Assembly (NCBI GenBank): GCA_944389785.1
Contig: CALXNP010000001.1
Coordinates: 5,270-69,269, forward strand
Length of the DNA stretch: 64,000 nucleotides
Origin: an uncultured Anaerobiospirillum sp.
Lineage (GTDB): Bacteria; Pseudomonadota; Gammaproteobacteria; Enterobacterales; Succinivibrionaceae
Reading direction: 5' to 3'
Positions 47,549 through 58,837 of this stretch are shown one piece after another. The translations under genes were made by a program, and so were the position numbers. Below the pieces are notes generated by a model, which saw only the letters and a list, made by a program, of their open reading frames with translations, searched no databases and was not told the DNA's origin. Positions within the stretch are counted from its first letter, which is position 1; each line of letters begins with the position of its first letter.

Positions 47549-48889
47549 CTAAACACCCTCACATTGCACTCTAATCACATCATAAATGCGATGAGCCATC
47601 TTGTGAGTAAGTTCACTATTTTCACCCTCAACCATAATTCTAATTAAAGGCTCAGTACCTGATTTACGTAATAAAACACGACCTGTAGTACCTAATTCTG
47701 CTTCAACTTTTCTAACTTCATTGACTACATGCTCATCCTCAAGAGGATCAAAGTTAGATTGTGTTCTTACATTAATTAATTCTTGAGGGAATAATTTAAG
47801 ATCACAAACTAGATCACTTAAAGCACATTTATTTCTTTGCATTGCTTTAAGTACTTGTAAAGCAGATACGATACCATCACCAGTTGAGACATAATCAAGA
47901 CAAATAATATGCCCTGAATTTTCACCGCCTAGGCGCCAATTGTTATTTAAAAGCTCTTCCATAACATATCTATCACCTACAGCACTACGTTTAAAGTCAA
48001 TACCTAGGTCTTTTAAAGCAAGCTCTAAACCTAAGTTAGTCATCAAGGTGCCTACGATACCTCCACGTAATTTATTTTGCATCATTCTATCTTTAGCTAT
48101 GATGTATAACAAAGCATCGCCATCTAATAAATTACCTTGATTATCTACCATTAAAACGCGATCACCATCACCATCAAAAGCAATACCAACATCTGCACTA
48201 TTAGCAAGTACTGCATCAATTAAAGCTTGAGGATGAGTTGAGCCTACGTTATCATTGATATTAATACCATTTGGATTAGTACCAATTGCTATAACATTAG
48301 CACCTAATTCTTTAAATACACTAGGAGCAACATGATAAGTAGCACCATTAGCACAATCTACGACAATCTTTAAGTTATCAAGTGATAAGTAACTTGTAAA
48401 TGTTGACTTACAAAATTCAATATAGCGACCTGGAGCATCATCTTTTCTGTAAGCACGACCTAGAGCATTTGAAGGAGCTAAACTTAACTCTTGATCTAAC
48501 ATAGCCTCAATTTCAAGCTCTACTTCATCAGGAAGTTTAGTACCCTCTTTAGAAAAGAATTTAATGCCATTATCATAAAAAGGATTGTGTGAAGCTGAAA
48601 TTACAACTCCAAGATCAGCTCTAAAAGCTCTTGTTAAATATGAAATAGCAGGTGTTGGCATAGGACCTAAAAGAGTAGTTGAGACACCAGCTGCACTAAA
48701 CCCCGCCTCTAGGGCAGATTCAAGCATATAACCTGATAGGCGGGTATCCTTACCTATAATAACTCTGCCATTATCTTTAGCTAGTACCTTACCAGCTGCC
48801 ATGCCCAACTTCATAACAAAATCAGGGGTAATAGGAAATTGTCCTGTTTTGCCTCTAATACCATCAGTACCAAAATATTTTCTTTTCAT
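47549..48889 (-). CDS. glmM: phosphoglucosamine mutase
   Basis: Phosphoserine loop SASHNP, Mg site FDGDGDR, and the conserved GlmM N-terminus [13 protein letters not shown]. Confidence 0.96.
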   Translation of the reverse strand: MKRKYFGTDGIRGKTGQFPITPDFVMKLGMAAGKVLAKDNGRVIIGKDTRLSGYMLESALEAGFSAAGVSTTLLGPMPTPAISYLTRAFRADLGVVISASHNPFYDNGIKFFSKEGTKLPDEVELEIEAMLDQELSLAPSNALGRAYRKDDAPGRYIEFCKSTFTSYLSLDNLKIVVDCANGATYHVAPSVFKELGANVIAIGTNPNGININDNVGSTHPQALIDAVLANSADVGIAFDGDGDRVLMVDNQGNLLDGDALLYIIAKDRMMQNKLRGGIVGTLMTNLGLELALKDLGIDFKRSAVGDRYVMEELLNNNWRLGGENSGHIICLDYVSTGDGIVSALQVLKAMQRNKCALSDLVCDLKLFPQELINVRTQSNFDPLEDEHVVNEVRKVEAELGTTGRVLLRKSGTEPLIRIMVEGENSELTHKMAHRIYDVIRVQCEGV

Positions 48890-48914
48890 GAACTAAAAAG
48901 ACTTATGTCTTCCC

Positions 48915-49757
48915 CTATTGCTTTTTCTTTTTTAAAAAACGTTTTGCTATTGCTTTTGTTAACCTAAATGGTCTATTTGCTCTTCTTAAAGCCTCAAAAG
49001 TCTCAAGACCTAAAGCTAAATCAGCAAATTGCTTAGTACGAATAATATGAATACCTTGTGTTTGCAAATAAATTGCTAAACTCAAAGTAATTGGAAGATT
49101 ATCTTCTAAAAATTTATCTTCATGAGGAATAGAACGTGGAATTTGTATGCTTATTGGTAAACCAAAACTCTTAAAAGTATTGAGTCTTCCTGCCATCTTT
49201 AATCTACATTCTAAAGCTGTGTTTATACCTAAAGATGGATCAATTAAAATCCTTGAGCGCTTGATATTAGCATTTAAACAAGCGTCAATACGCTCATATA
49301 AAAACTCAGAAACACTACTCATCGGATCTTGCTTATCTAAAGAATCAAACTCTATATTTTGATCAAATACTAAACATACAGGCACGTCTAGCTCTTTAAC
49401 AGTAGCTAAAGCATTAGGTGCTCTTAAAGAATTATTATCTATAATCATGCAAGCACCTGCTGCTACTGCATCTTGCATAGTTTTAGGATTTGGGGTGTTA
49501 ATAGCTATATACAAAGAACAATTTTGCTTAAGTGCCTTAATTATAGGCACTACAATCTCTTGTTCTAAAATTTCATTAGCTTCATTATTAGCAAAGACTA
49601 CAGCAAGCTCAACAAAACTAGCTCCATCTTCTTGCATAGATTTTGCACAATTTATATAGTAATCAATATCTTGCACATTATCTGTATGAATATCAATTAC
49701 ACCCATAATTTGTGTAGAGTTTAAATCAACTACCTTATGCGCTAATTTTAATTTCAT
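48915..49757 (-). CDS. folP: dihydropteroate synthase homologue (pterin-binding fold, canonical active-site motifs degraded)
   Basis: Same length and position (ftsH-folP-glmM) as E. coli FolP, and colinear with it (MKL...DL....IMGV, DVPVCL, LIDPS, HIIR). The NVTPDSFSDGG, GGESTRPG, DPGFGFGK and RVHD signatures are not conserved. Confidence 0.7.
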   Translation of the reverse strand: MKLKLAHKVVDLNSTQIMGVIDIHTDNVQDIDYYINCAKSMQEDGASFVELAVVFANNEANEILEQEIVVPIIKALKQNCSLYIAINTPNPKTMQDAVAAGACMIIDNNSLRAPNALATVKELDVPVCLVFDQNIEFDSLDKQDPMSSVSEFLYERIDACLNANIKRSRILIDPSLGINTALECRLKMAGRLNTFKSFGLPISIQIPRSIPHEDKFLEDNLPITLSLAIYLQTQGIHIIRTKQFADLALGLETFEALRRANRPFRLTKAIAKRFLKKKKQ

Positions 49758-49789
49758 CTTAACACCCTAAATATAATGAGATTAAATCC

Positions 49790-51787
49790 TTATTTTTTAT
49801 CAGACTCATCAGGTTTATCACTAGCTTCTTGCGGAGCTTGTGCAACCTTATCCTTATCATCTACATTATTAGCATTATCTTGCAAACTTGTGTCTTTAGT
49901 CTCACTATCTTTAGTTTCAGCTTTAACCTCAGCATTATTACTTGAGTTATTGTCTGTATCTTGTTTCTCAACATATCCCTCAGGAGCACGACAAGGACGT
50001 CTTTGCATCAAATCATCAATTTGATTAGCATCTAAGGTTTCATACTTTAATAAAGCATCTTTCATAGCCTCAAGAATATCAATATTATCTTGTAATAAAC
50101 CCTTAGCCTTAGCATAACAACTATTGATAATCTCGCTTACTTCCTCATCAATGATGTTAGCTGTTTTGTCTGAAATAGACATAGTTTGAGTGCTACCGCC
50201 ACCTAAATACATTGAACCATTAGCATCTTGATCATACTGCATTGGTGCCAAACGTTTACTCATACCCCAGCGAGTAACCATACGACGAGCGATATCTGTT
50301 GCTCTTTCAATGTCATTTGAAGCTCCTGTAGTTACGGCAGCCTCACCAAACATTAAATCCTCAGCAATACGGCCTGCAAATAAAGTACAAATATTTGATA
50401 ATAGATACTGTTTAGATTGAGAATATCTATCTTGTTCAGGCAAATACATAGTTACACCTAGGGCTCTGCCTCTTGGAATAATAGAAACTTTATATACAGG
50501 ATCATGTTCAGGTACCAAACGACCAACAATAGTATGACCTGCCTCATGATAAGCAGTATTAATCTTCTCGTGCTCACTCATAGCCATAGAACGACGCTCA
50601 GCACCCATTAATAATTTATCTTTTGCAAGTTCAAACTCACGCATACCCACAGTGCGTAAATTAGAACGAGCAGCAGCTAAAGCGGCCTCATTAACTAAAT
50701 TAGCAAGTTCTGCACCTGAAAAACCTGGAGTACCACGAGCAAGTACTGCTGCATCAACATCCTTATCAAGAGGTACTTTACGCATATGTACTTTTAAAAT
50801 TTGCTCACGACCTCTAACATCTGGTAAACCCACAGTAACTTGTCTATCAAAACGACCAGGACGTAAAAGTGCAGGATCCAAAACATCAGGTCTATTAGTT
50901 GCTGCAATGATAATTACAGCTTCAAAACCCTCAAAACCATCCATCTCAACTAGTAATTGATTTAAGGTTTGCTCTCTTTCATCATGGCCACCACCTAAGC
51001 CTACACCACGCTTACGACCTACAGCATCAATTTCATCAATAAAGATGATACATGGAGCATTTTTCTTAGCTTGAGCAAACATGTCTCTTACACGTGAAGC
51101 ACCAACACCTACAAAAACTTCCACAAAATCAGAACCTGATATTGAGAAAAATGGCACTTTAGCTTCACCAGCTATAGCTCTTGCTAATAAAGTTTTACCA
51201 GTACCAGGAGGACCAACCATTAATACACCACGTGGAATTCTGCCACCTAGTTTTGAGTACTTAGTAGGATCTTTTAGAAAATCTACAAGCTCTTCTACAT
51301 CTTCTTTAGCTTCATCACAACCTGCAACATCAGCAAAAGTAGTTTTTACCTGATTTTCAGATAAAAGTTTGGCCTTGCTTTTACCAAAAGCCATTGGATT
51401 TCCTTTTGAACCACCATTCATTTGACGCATAAAGAAGATCCAAACACCTATTAGTAACAACATTGGGAACCATGAAATTAAAATTGACATTAAAAGGCTT
51501 GGTTCCTCAGGCTTTGTTCCTGATGTTCTAACATTATGTGAAATTAAACTATTTAAAAGCTCAGAGTCATGTAAAGGCATTACAGTTACAAATTTATCTC
51601 CATTGCGTTTAACACCATTAATGACATTGCCATCAAAAACAACTTCTTGTACTTGATCTTGTGAAACATCACGAACAAAAGTTGTATAATCAGTCATGCG
51701 TCCTGTGTTGTCATTTGAACTAAAAGACTCAAATAACGACATTAAAACTATAGCAATAACTATCCACAGTAATAAATTCTTAGTCAT
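49790..51787 (-). CDS. ftsH: ATP-dependent zinc metalloprotease FtsH
   Basis: Walker A GPPGTGKT, an SRH region, Zn motif HEAGH, two N-terminal TM segments, and an acidic low-complexity C-terminal tail. Confidence 0.97.
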   Translation of the reverse strand: MTKNLLLWIVIAIVLMSLFESFSSNDNTGRMTDYTTFVRDVSQDQVQEVVFDGNVINGVKRNGDKFVTVMPLHDSELLNSLISHNVRTSGTKPEEPSLLMSILISWFPMLLLIGVWIFFMRQMNGGSKGNPMAFGKSKAKLLSENQVKTTFADVAGCDEAKEDVEELVDFLKDPTKYSKLGGRIPRGVLMVGPPGTGKTLLARAIAGEAKVPFFSISGSDFVEVFVGVGASRVRDMFAQAKKNAPCIIFIDEIDAVGRKRGVGLGGGHDEREQTLNQLLVEMDGFEGFEAVIIIAATNRPDVLDPALLRPGRFDRQVTVGLPDVRGREQILKVHMRKVPLDKDVDAAVLARGTPGFSGAELANLVNEAALAAARSNLRTVGMREFELAKDKLLMGAERRSMAMSEHEKINTAYHEAGHTIVGRLVPEHDPVYKVSIIPRGRALGVTMYLPEQDRYSQSKQYLLSNICTLFAGRIAEDLMFGEAAVTTGASNDIERATDIARRMVTRWGMSKRLAPMQYDQDANGSMYLGGGSTQTMSISDKTANIIDEEVSEIINSCYAKAKGLLQDNIDILEAMKDALLKYETLDANQIDDLMQRRPCRAPEGYVEKQDTDNNSSNNAEVKAETKDSETKDTSLQDNANNVDDKDKVAQAPQEASDKPDESDKK

Positions 51788-51813
51788 ATTTCTCCATTTA
51801 TCTTAAGTTTTAT

Positions 51814-52479
51814 TTAATTATCATTTAAACTTGGTGCTACACCATTATCTGCATGGCCTTTAAAACCAGTTGCAACCATATAAACCTCACGTGATCTATC
51901 ACGAGAAGCTTGAGGCTTTCTAACTTTAACTAAATCAAACTCTTGTTTTAATTGAGCTAAAAACTCTTGTGAGCCTACCCCAGTAAAAACTTTAACTACA
52001 AAAGTTCCACCTACTTTTAAAACCCTATGAGCCATATCTAAAGCTAATTCAGATAAAAGCATAGCTCGAGGTTGATCTATAGCACTATTACCTGACATAT
52101 TAGGAGCCATATCAGATAAAACAACATCAGCTCCTAGACCTATTTTTTCATAAAGTGTGCAAAATACTTTGTCGTCTCTAAAGTCTCCTTGCATAAAATC
52201 AACACCACGTATAGGTCTCATGTCTAAAATATCAAGAGCAAAAACCTTACCACTATCTCCAACACACTTTATAGCGTATTCAGACCAACCTCCAGGGGCG
52301 GCACCTAAATCAACTACAATGTTGCCTGTTTTAATTAGACGATCTTTTTGTTGTAACTCCTCTAATTTAAAGCTAGCACGTGAGCGCAAACCTCTTTTAT
52401 GAGCTTCCTTTACAAAAGGATCATTAAAATGTTCCTTAAGCCATCTTGACTGACTTGCTGTCCTTTTTTTTGCAGGCAT
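51814..52479 (-). CDS. rlmE: 23S rRNA 2'-O-ribose U2552 methyltransferase RlmE (FtsJ)
   Basis: FtsJ motifs ([17 protein letters not shown]) immediately upstream of ftsH. Confidence 0.92.
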   Translation of the reverse strand: MPAKKRTASQSRWLKEHFNDPFVKEAHKRGLRSRASFKLEELQQKDRLIKTGNIVVDLGAAPGGWSEYAIKCVGDSGKVFALDILDMRPIRGVDFMQGDFRDDKVFCTLYEKIGLGADVVLSDMAPNMSGNSAIDQPRAMLLSELALDMAHRVLKVGGTFVVKVFTGVGSQEFLAQLKQEFDLVKVRKPQASRDRSREVYMVATGFKGHADNGVAPSLNDN

Positions 52480-52610
52480 TATTTAAATCCATTATAATAA
52501 GTTATAAATAACTAAATTTATTCAAATATTATCACATAAACTTAAAAAATATAAGAAGTAGCTACTTGAAGTAAAATAACTTCTCATATTTTTATTAAAA
52601 TGGTGTATAT

Positions 52611-52901
52611 ATGATCTTAAACTCACGTCAAAAACAGTTTTTAAAAGCTCAAGCTCACAGTCTTAACCCTGTTGTTATGCTCGGAGATAATGGTCTATCT
52701 GAAGCTGTAATTAAAGAAATAGACAATTCAATTGAGCATCATGAGCTTATCAAAATTAAATTAAACGCAGGAGAGACAAGAAAAGAGCAAGCTCAACAAG
52801 CTGCAGATGCTGTAAATGCTTGTTTAGTTGCTACTGTAGGTCGTATTGCTATTTTGTTTAGACAAAAAAAGCAAGACTCAAGATTTATCTTACCTCGTTA
52901 A
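52611..52901 (+). CDS. yhbY: CRM-domain RNA-binding protein YhbY
   Basis: LNSRQKQFLKAQAHSLNPVVMLG.NGLSEAV..EI...EHHELIKIK matches YhbY. Divergent from rlmE, as in E. coli. Confidence 0.88.
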   Translation: MILNSRQKQFLKAQAHSLNPVVMLGDNGLSEAVIKEIDNSIEHHELIKIKLNAGETRKEQAQQAADAVNACLVATVGRIAILFRQKKQDSRFILPR

Positions 52902-52919
52902 TATAATTTTATAAAAACT

Positions 52920-52950
52920 AAAGCCCAAAATTATCTAATCTTGGGCTTTT
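52920..52950. terminator. bidirectional terminator between yhbY and greA
   Basis: AGCCCAA (52922-52928) pairs with TTGGGCT (52941-52947), flanked by an A-run and a T-run. Confidence 0.65.
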
Positions 52951-52955
52951 ATAAA

Positions 52956-53444
52956 TTATTCGTATCGTATATCAACAATTGCGTAAGTTACAGTGCCTCT
53001 TGGTATGTTAATAACTACCTCATCATCAATAACCTTACCTAAAAGACCTTTTGCTATAGGTGTTTTGTATGACATTAAATTATTTTCAATATCAGCCTCA
53101 TCCTCACCTACAATCTTATAAGTAATTTCTTTATCAGTATCTACATCTAACAAAGTTACTGTAGCACCGAAAACTACTTTTAAAGGAGCATTAGAAGCTG
53201 GTTTTAATTTAGTTACATCAATAATATTAGCACCTGCAAGCTTAGCTTCGATATCTTTGATTCTAGCTTCACATAGACCTTGATCTTCTTTAGCTGCATC
53301 ATATTCTGCATTTTCACTTAAATCACCATGTGATCTAGCTTCTGCGATAGCTGCTGTAATTTTTGGTCTTTCTACTGTTTTTAATCTTTCTAATTCTGCA
53401 CGTAGTAATTGCTCACCACGTGGTGTCATTGGTGTTTGTTCCAT
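52956..53444 (-). CDS. greA: transcription elongation factor GreA
   Basis: Conserved GreA coiled-coil and C-terminal domain ([18 protein letters not shown] pattern). Confidence 0.92.
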   Translation of the reverse strand: MEQTPMTPRGEQLLRAELERLKTVERPKITAAIAEARSHGDLSENAEYDAAKEDQGLCEARIKDIEAKLAGANIIDVTKLKPASNAPLKVVFGATVTLLDVDTDKEITYKIVGEDEADIENNLMSYKTPIAKGLLGKVIDDEVVINIPRGTVTYAIVDIRYE

Positions 53445-53480
53445 AATTTAATTCACTTCAATTTATGCTTGTTTAAATAT

Positions 53481-53516
53481 TAAAAAATTGCCAAGAAATA
53501 AAACTTGGCAATTTTC
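53481..53516 (-). terminator. rho-independent terminator after dnaJ
   Basis: ATTGCCAAG (53487-53495) pairs with CTTGGCAAT (53504-53512). The A-run at 53481-53486 reads as a T-run on the minus strand. Confidence 0.75.
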
Positions 53517-53559
53517 CTTGATTAAAAGTATAAGCAAATCTAAAACAATTGCAAATAAC

Positions 53560-54771
53560 TTACTTATTTGATTTTAAATCATCAATAAATTTTCTTAGAT
53601 TATTAAAAAATCCATCACGCTTAGGGCTATGTTTCTTTAAAGCCTCTTTATTTATATTAGAGCTTATATCATCACTTTTTATTTTGCTATCTTCAGTTGA
53701 ATTTAAACTCTGACCATTTAATGAAGCCTCTAATTTTTGCAATAGCTCTTTTTGCTCATAAGTTAAATTTACAGGTGTTTCAACAATAATCTTACAGTAT
53801 AAGTTACCCTTAGATACAGAATTATAAGAACGTACACCCTTACCAGGTATTCGTAATACAGTACCTGTTTGAGTCTCAGGTTTTACAGTAACATTAATTT
53901 TACCATCTAAAGTAGGCACTTCTACTTGACCGCCTAAGGCTGCTGTAGCAAATGAAATTGGAACATCACAATATAGATCATTACCATCACGAGTGAAAAT
54001 AGGATGATCTTTTACTTCAAAAATACCAATAACATCACCACTAGGAGCACCATTTAAGCCTGCTTCGCCTTGTCCTGATAATCTGATCCTATCACCAGTA
54101 TCAACACCGGCTGGTACCTCAACGACAAGCTGCTTAGTACTTTCAATACGACCTGAACCACCGCATTTTTTACAAGGATTTTCAATAGTATAGCCAGTAC
54201 CATTACAGTAGCTACATGTTTGAGCAAAAGTCATAAAACCATTGCGTACATGTGTCTCACCAGTACCATTACAATGAGGACAAACCTTTTTGCCACTACC
54301 TGACTTAGAGCCTGAACCATGACAAGTAGGACAGGTAACATAAGTTTTAATATTAACTTTTTTGGTAGTGCCACGTACAGCTTCTTCTAAAGTTAAAACT
54401 AAACGTATTCTTAAATCATGTCCGCGTATCTCACGTGGTCCTTGAGAACGTCTTGAACCTTGACCAAAGATATCTCCAAAAATATCTCCAAAGATATCAT
54501 TAAAATCAGCACCACCACCAAATGGATTGCCACCAGCTTGTGCTCCATTTACACCGTCAAAGCCAAATTGATCATATGCACGACGCTTTTGCTCATCAGA
54601 TAAAACCTGATAAGCCTCATTTATCTCACGAAATTTTTCTCCAGCATCTGCATCTTTATTATGATCTGGGTGATATTTTATAGCAAGACGTTTAAAGGCA
54701 CGTTTGATAGCTTGCTGATCAGCATCCTTAGCAACGCCTAAGACCTCATAATAATCTCTTTTAGCAGCCAT
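53560..54771 (-). CDS. dnaJ: molecular chaperone DnaJ
   Basis: J domain with HPD, a Gly/Phe-rich linker, and four CxxCxGxG zinc-finger repeats. Confidence 0.96.
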   Translation of the reverse strand: MAAKRDYYEVLGVAKDADQQAIKRAFKRLAIKYHPDHNKDADAGEKFREINEAYQVLSDEQKRRAYDQFGFDGVNGAQAGGNPFGGGADFNDIFGDIFGDIFGQGSRRSQGPREIRGHDLRIRLVLTLEEAVRGTTKKVNIKTYVTCPTCHGSGSKSGSGKKVCPHCNGTGETHVRNGFMTFAQTCSYCNGTGYTIENPCKKCGGSGRIESTKQLVVEVPAGVDTGDRIRLSGQGEAGLNGAPSGDVIGIFEVKDHPIFTRDGNDLYCDVPISFATAALGGQVEVPTLDGKINVTVKPETQTGTVLRIPGKGVRSYNSVSKGNLYCKIIVETPVNLTYEQKELLQKLEASLNGQSLNSTEDSKIKSDDISSNINKEALKKHSPKRDGFFNNLRKFIDDLKSNK

Positions 54772-54791
54772 TTACTATCCTTTTTACACAA

Positions 54792-54820
54792 AAAGGATGG
54801 GAGCAAATACCCCATCCTTT
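54792..54820 (-). other. intercistronic hairpin between dnaK and dnaJ
   Basis: AAAGGATGGG (54792-54801) pairs with CCCATCCTTT (54811-54820), a 10-bp stem. It is a possible partial terminator setting the dnaK:dnaJ ratio. Confidence 0.55.
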
Positions 54821-54848
54821 CCTTATCAAAACTAACTATGCTTTACAA

Positions 54849-56777
54849 TTATTTCTTGTCGTCTTTTACTTCTTCAAACTCAGCATCAACTACATCATCT
54901 TCTTTCTTTGATTGTGTACTCTCTTGCTTTGCTTGTGCACCTTGAGCTTGTTGAGCTTGAGCTTGGGCTTGAGCAGCTGTCATTAGGCTTTGAGCAGCTT
55001 CCATTACACCCTTTTCTGCAGCTTCAATTCTATCCTTATCATCACCACGTACAGCAAGCTCTAAGTCTGCTAAAGCTTTCTCAACCTTAGCCTTATCAGC
55101 ATCACTAACCTTGTCTTTTAGATCATTTAATTGTTTACGTATGCTGTGTGCTGTAGCATCAGCTCTATTTCTAGCAGAAGCTAATTCCTCAAACTTCTTA
55201 TCCTCAGCTGAATGCTCCTCAGCTTCTCTTACCATACGCTCAATTTCATCATCTGATAGACCTGATGAAGATTGAATAGTAATCTTTTGCTCTTTACCAG
55301 TGTTCTTATCTTTTGCTGATACGTGAATTAAACCATCAGCATCGATATCAAAGGTAACTTCAATTTGTGGAATACCACGTGGAGCAGCAGCAATACCCTC
55401 AAGGTTAAATTGACCTAATGACTTATTATCACTTGCTCTTTTTCTCTCACCTTGAAGCACATGAATAGTAACAGCTGATTGATTATCCTCAGCAGTTGAG
55501 AATACCTGTGACTTCTTAGTAGGAATAGTTGTGTTCTTCTCAATTAATGGAGTCATAACACCACCTAAGGTCTCAATACCTAATGATAATGGAGTTACGT
55601 CAAGTAAGAGCACATCTTTCTTTGAGCCTGATAATACACCACCTTGAATAGCAGCACCCATAGCTACAGCCTCATCAGGATTTACATCCTTACGTGGCTC
55701 CTTACCAAAGAACTCTGCTACTAAGCTTTGTACCATTGGCATACGGGTTTGACCACCAACTAAGATAACATCATCAATATCACTTACACTTAAACCTGCA
55801 TCATCTAAAGCAGTCTTTACAGGAGCTAATGTCTTTTGAACTAAGTCCTCAACTAATGACTCAAGCTTAGATCTTGTAATCTTAATGTTTAAGTGCTTAG
55901 GACCTGTAGCATCAGCTGTGATATATGGAAGATTTACATCAGTTTGTTGTGATGATGATAACTCAATCTTAGCTTTTTCAGCAGCTTCTTTTAAACGTTG
56001 TAGAGCTAATTGATCTTGACGTAAATCAACACCTTGCTCATTCTTAAATTCATCTACTAAATAGTTAATAATACGGTTATCAAAATCTTCACCACCTAAG
56101 TGTGTATCACCGTTAGTAGCTAACACTTCAAAAGTCTTTTCACCATCTAACTCATCAATATCAATAATTGAGATATCAAAAGTACCACCACCTAAGTCAT
56201 AAACAGCAATCTTTTGCTCACCTTTAGCTTTATCTTCACCATAAGCAATAGAAGCAGCTGTTGGCTCATTAATAATTCTCTTAACTTCTAAACCTGCAAT
56301 ACGACCAGCATCCTTAGTAGCTTGACGTTGTGCATCATTAAAGTAAGCAGGACATGTAATAACAGCCTCTGTTACTTCCTCACCTAAAATATCTTCAGCA
56401 GTCTTCTTCATTTTCTTTAAAACTTCTGCTGAAATTTGAGGTGGAGCTAATTTCTTATCCTTTACATCTACCCAAGCATCACCATTGTCAGCCTTTATAA
56501 TCTTAAATGGCATGATTGAGATATCACGTTGAACTTCGCTATCATCATAACGACGACCAATTAAACGCTTAATAGCAAATAAAGTATTCTTTGGATTAGT
56601 TACTGCTTGACGCTTTGCTGCATCACCTACAAGAATTTCACCATCATCTGTATAAGCAACAATTGATGGAGTTGTACGACGACCTTCTGAATTTTCTAGT
56701 ACACGAACCTTATCACCATCTAATACTGCAACACATGAATTAGTTGTACCTAAGTCAATACCTATAATTTTACCCAT
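54849..56777 (-). CDS. dnaK: molecular chaperone DnaK (Hsp70)
   Basis: Full-length Hsp70 ([28 protein letters not shown]). Confidence 0.98.
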   Translation of the reverse strand: MGKIIGIDLGTTNSCVAVLDGDKVRVLENSEGRRTTPSIVAYTDDGEILVGDAAKRQAVTNPKNTLFAIKRLIGRRYDDSEVQRDISIMPFKIIKADNGDAWVDVKDKKLAPPQISAEVLKKMKKTAEDILGEEVTEAVITCPAYFNDAQRQATKDAGRIAGLEVKRIINEPTAASIAYGEDKAKGEQKIAVYDLGGGTFDISIIDIDELDGEKTFEVLATNGDTHLGGEDFDNRIINYLVDEFKNEQGVDLRQDQLALQRLKEAAEKAKIELSSSQQTDVNLPYITADATGPKHLNIKITRSKLESLVEDLVQKTLAPVKTALDDAGLSVSDIDDVILVGGQTRMPMVQSLVAEFFGKEPRKDVNPDEAVAMGAAIQGGVLSGSKKDVLLLDVTPLSLGIETLGGVMTPLIEKNTTIPTKKSQVFSTAEDNQSAVTIHVLQGERKRASDNKSLGQFNLEGIAAAPRGIPQIEVTFDIDADGLIHVSAKDKNTGKEQKITIQSSSGLSDDEIERMVREAEEHSAEDKKFEELASARNRADATAHSIRKQLNDLKDKVSDADKAKVEKALADLELAVRGDDKDRIEAAEKGVMEAAQSLMTAAQAQAQAQQAQGAQAKQESTQSKKEDDVVDAEFEEVKDDKK

Positions 56778-56837
56778 AATTTTATTTCTCCAAATTAAAA
56801 ATCTTTGTTTTAGATCTCATTTTTACCATCTACATCT

Positions 56838-56867
56838 AAAATGGTATTGCTTTTTAAAATTTCAAGA
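56838..56867 (-). promoter_or_regulatory. sigma-32-like promoter for dnaK
   Basis: The minus strand reads CTTGAA-N14-taCCATtT, with -35 at the complement of 56861-56866. It lies directly after the grpE stop and about 60 nt before the dnaK ATG. The -10 has two mismatches to CCCCATnT. Confidence 0.5.
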
Positions 56868-56868
56868 T

Positions 56869-57516
56869 CTAAGCCTTAATATTTATTGTTTGCTCTTCAT
56901 TATTTTGTGGCAAAGCCTTAGCTATCATTACCATAGCAGGACGAACCACACGACCATTTAATACAAAACCTTTTTGCATAACACTAAGTACACAATTTGG
57001 CTTAACCTCATCAGTAGGAACCATTGAGATAGCTTGATGGAAATTTGGATCAAAAGCTTCACCTACTGGATCTAGTCTCTCTACACCAAAGCTCTTTAAT
57101 TCCTTTAAAAATAAATTTAAAGTATTTTCAACACCATCAATGGTAGCCTTAGTAGCAGGATCTTCTCTATTAGTCATGCTCAAAGCCATATCTAAAGAAT
57201 CCACTACAGGAATTAAAGCCTTAACAAATTTTTCAATACCATATTTTTTTTCTTTTTCAATATCAGCTAAGGCCATACGTTTAGCATTTTGAGCTTCAGC
57301 TATAGTGCGCATTAAAACATCTTTTTCTTGTGCACTTTGTGCCTTTAGTGCTTCAAGTTCTTGCTTTAAAGCCTCTATTTGCTGATCTTTTTCATCTACA
57401 CAATTTTCTGTGTTATTTTTCTCACATTCGCATGTCTGTGTTTGAGCTTGTTGCTCAGCTGCATTCACTTCTTGAGTGTTTAATGCATTTTGTAATTCAT
57501 TTTCTTGTGTCTGCAT
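56869..57516 (-). CDS. grpE: nucleotide exchange factor GrpE
   Basis: GrpE coiled-coil and C-terminal beta domain (GYVLNGRVVRPAMV pattern). Located upstream of dnaK. Confidence 0.92.
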   Translation of the reverse strand: MQTQENELQNALNTQEVNAAEQQAQTQTCECEKNNTENCVDEKDQQIEALKQELEALKAQSAQEKDVLMRTIAEAQNAKRMALADIEKEKKYGIEKFVKALIPVVDSLDMALSMTNREDPATKATIDGVENTLNLFLKELKSFGVERLDPVGEAFDPNFHQAISMVPTDEVKPNCVLSVMQKGFVLNGRVVRPAMVMIAKALPQNNEEQTINIKA

Positions 57517-57561
57517 ATTTTTTAGTACTCAAAATTTGTTAATTAAAAAAGCACATACTTA

Positions 57562-57590
57562 AAATGGGGCTAATTAATTTTTTTTCAAGA
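57562..57590 (-). promoter_or_regulatory. sigma-32 (RpoH) heat-shock promoter for grpE
   Basis: The minus strand reads tCTTGAAAaaaaattaattagCCCCATtTt. The -35 CTTGAA is the complement of 57584-57589 and the -10 CCCCAT is the complement of 57564-57569. The 14-nt spacer equals that of E. coli dnaK P1. Confidence 0.75.
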
Positions 57591-57854
57591 ACTATTAAAA
57601 TTTTTTACTTTATTTTTTTATAACAATTTGATAAATAAAAATTTTTTCATTTAATTTAATTAAATTTATAAACATAGTAATTAATTTCACTATTACATAC
57701 AATATAAGAAAACAAAATAAAAACTAACTAATAGTAATAAACATTGTAATGTTATAACAAAACTTGTACCCTATCTTGATTTTCTATGTATTCAATGGTA
57801 GCCTAAACATCATTAATAAATAATTAAAAATTAACAATATCATTAGAGTTTGCT

Positions 57855-58205
57855 ATGAAAGTTATAAATGTACTTACTAAAACAACTTTAGCCTTTGCTG
57901 TAGCTATAGCTTTAAGTTCATGTGCCTATAGAGCAGATCTTGCTCAAGGTAACTTTGTTGAGCAAGATAAGATAGATACTTTACGTTATGGTATGTCATA
58001 TGAGCAAGTACAATTTATCATGGGTACTCCAATGCTCACAGATCCTTTTGATCAAAATAAATGGTATTATGTGCACTATCTGCGTCAAGGTTGGTCAGAT
58101 CCTGAAATAAAAAATTTAGTCCTAGTTTTCTCTAACAACAGACTAATTGATATACAAGGTGACTTTAATAAACCTAACGATTTTGAGCAAAGTCTTAATT
58201 ATTAA
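57855..58205 (+). CDS. bamE: outer membrane protein assembly factor BamE (SmpA/OmlA lipoprotein)
   Basis: Lipobox ALSSC and the SmpA/OmlA motif (QGNFVEQDKIDTLRYGMSYEQVQFIMGTP). Confidence 0.82.
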   Translation: MKVINVLTKTTLAFAVAIALSSCAYRADLAQGNFVEQDKIDTLRYGMSYEQVQFIMGTPMLTDPFDQNKWYYVHYLRQGWSDPEIKNLVLVFSNNRLIDIQGDFNKPNDFEQSLNY

Positions 58206-58217
58206 TTGTAATAAACT

Positions 58218-58814
58218 ATGAAATATCTGACACTAGCTTGCTGTATATTTGCCATTCTAGGCTTAAATGCCTGTGCTAGTGTAGACGAATTAGCAGCTCA
58301 GCAAAAATCTCAAAATATTACTCAACCTAATCAAGATTACATTGATAAGCTAAAACTATGTATTCAAGGTGATCTTAGTAACTTTGATGAATTAGCCTCT
58401 GCTTATAGACAAAGTTATATTGAACGTAATTTTAAATTACATGATCATAAAATCTCTATTTTATTTGCTCATTGTCAAGCTAAAGCAGAAGCTTTAGGAT
58501 ATAAGCATGATATAAACTTAAAATTTATACAAAGAGCTAATGCTAATGCTATAATAGCTCGTCATTTTTATGCCAATAATGATAGTGTCAATGGTCAATA
58601 TTATCTTGATAAAGTAATAGCTCTTGAAGGTCCTAGTAATGGTTACTATCGAGCTGCAAATGTTTTTTTACAAGAGCCTAAAACTTTAGGTATTGCTGCA
58701 AACTTAATGCTTCAAGCAGCAATATTAGGTAATGTACAAGCTCAACAAGATCTTATTGATCTATCAAATCCTGCTTCATTTAAGTTTAGACGCTTAATAG
58801 GTCTTGATAATTAA
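58218..58814 (+). CDS. hypothetical lipoprotein (possible Sel1-like repeat)
   Basis: Lipobox LGLNAC. The C-terminal AANVFLQEP...AANLMLQAAILGNVQAQQDL is reminiscent of an SLR motif, but the match is weak. Confidence 0.45.
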   Translation: MKYLTLACCIFAILGLNACASVDELAAQQKSQNITQPNQDYIDKLKLCIQGDLSNFDELASAYRQSYIERNFKLHDHKISILFAHCQAKAEALGYKHDINLKFIQRANANAIIARHFYANNDSVNGQYYLDKVIALEGPSNGYYRAANVFLQEPKTLGIAANLMLQAAILGNVQAQQDLIDLSNPASFKFRRLIGLDN

Positions 58815-58837
58815 TTTTTTTACTTTTTATTACAACT

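Noticed and set aside
47940-52402. ORFs 47940-48140, 49147-49362, 49447-49659, 49776-50024, 50652-50960, 51081-51353 and 52157-52402 (all +)
   Set aside because: All are antisense to glmM, folP, ftsH or rlmE, whose minus-strand frames carry unambiguous family motifs.
52560-52600. CTTGAA...CATATTT upstream of yhbY as a third sigma-32 promoter
   Set aside because: The -10 matches only about 5 of 7 defined positions and the spacing is off by 2 nt relative to the grpE and dnaK promoters. It is too weak to call.
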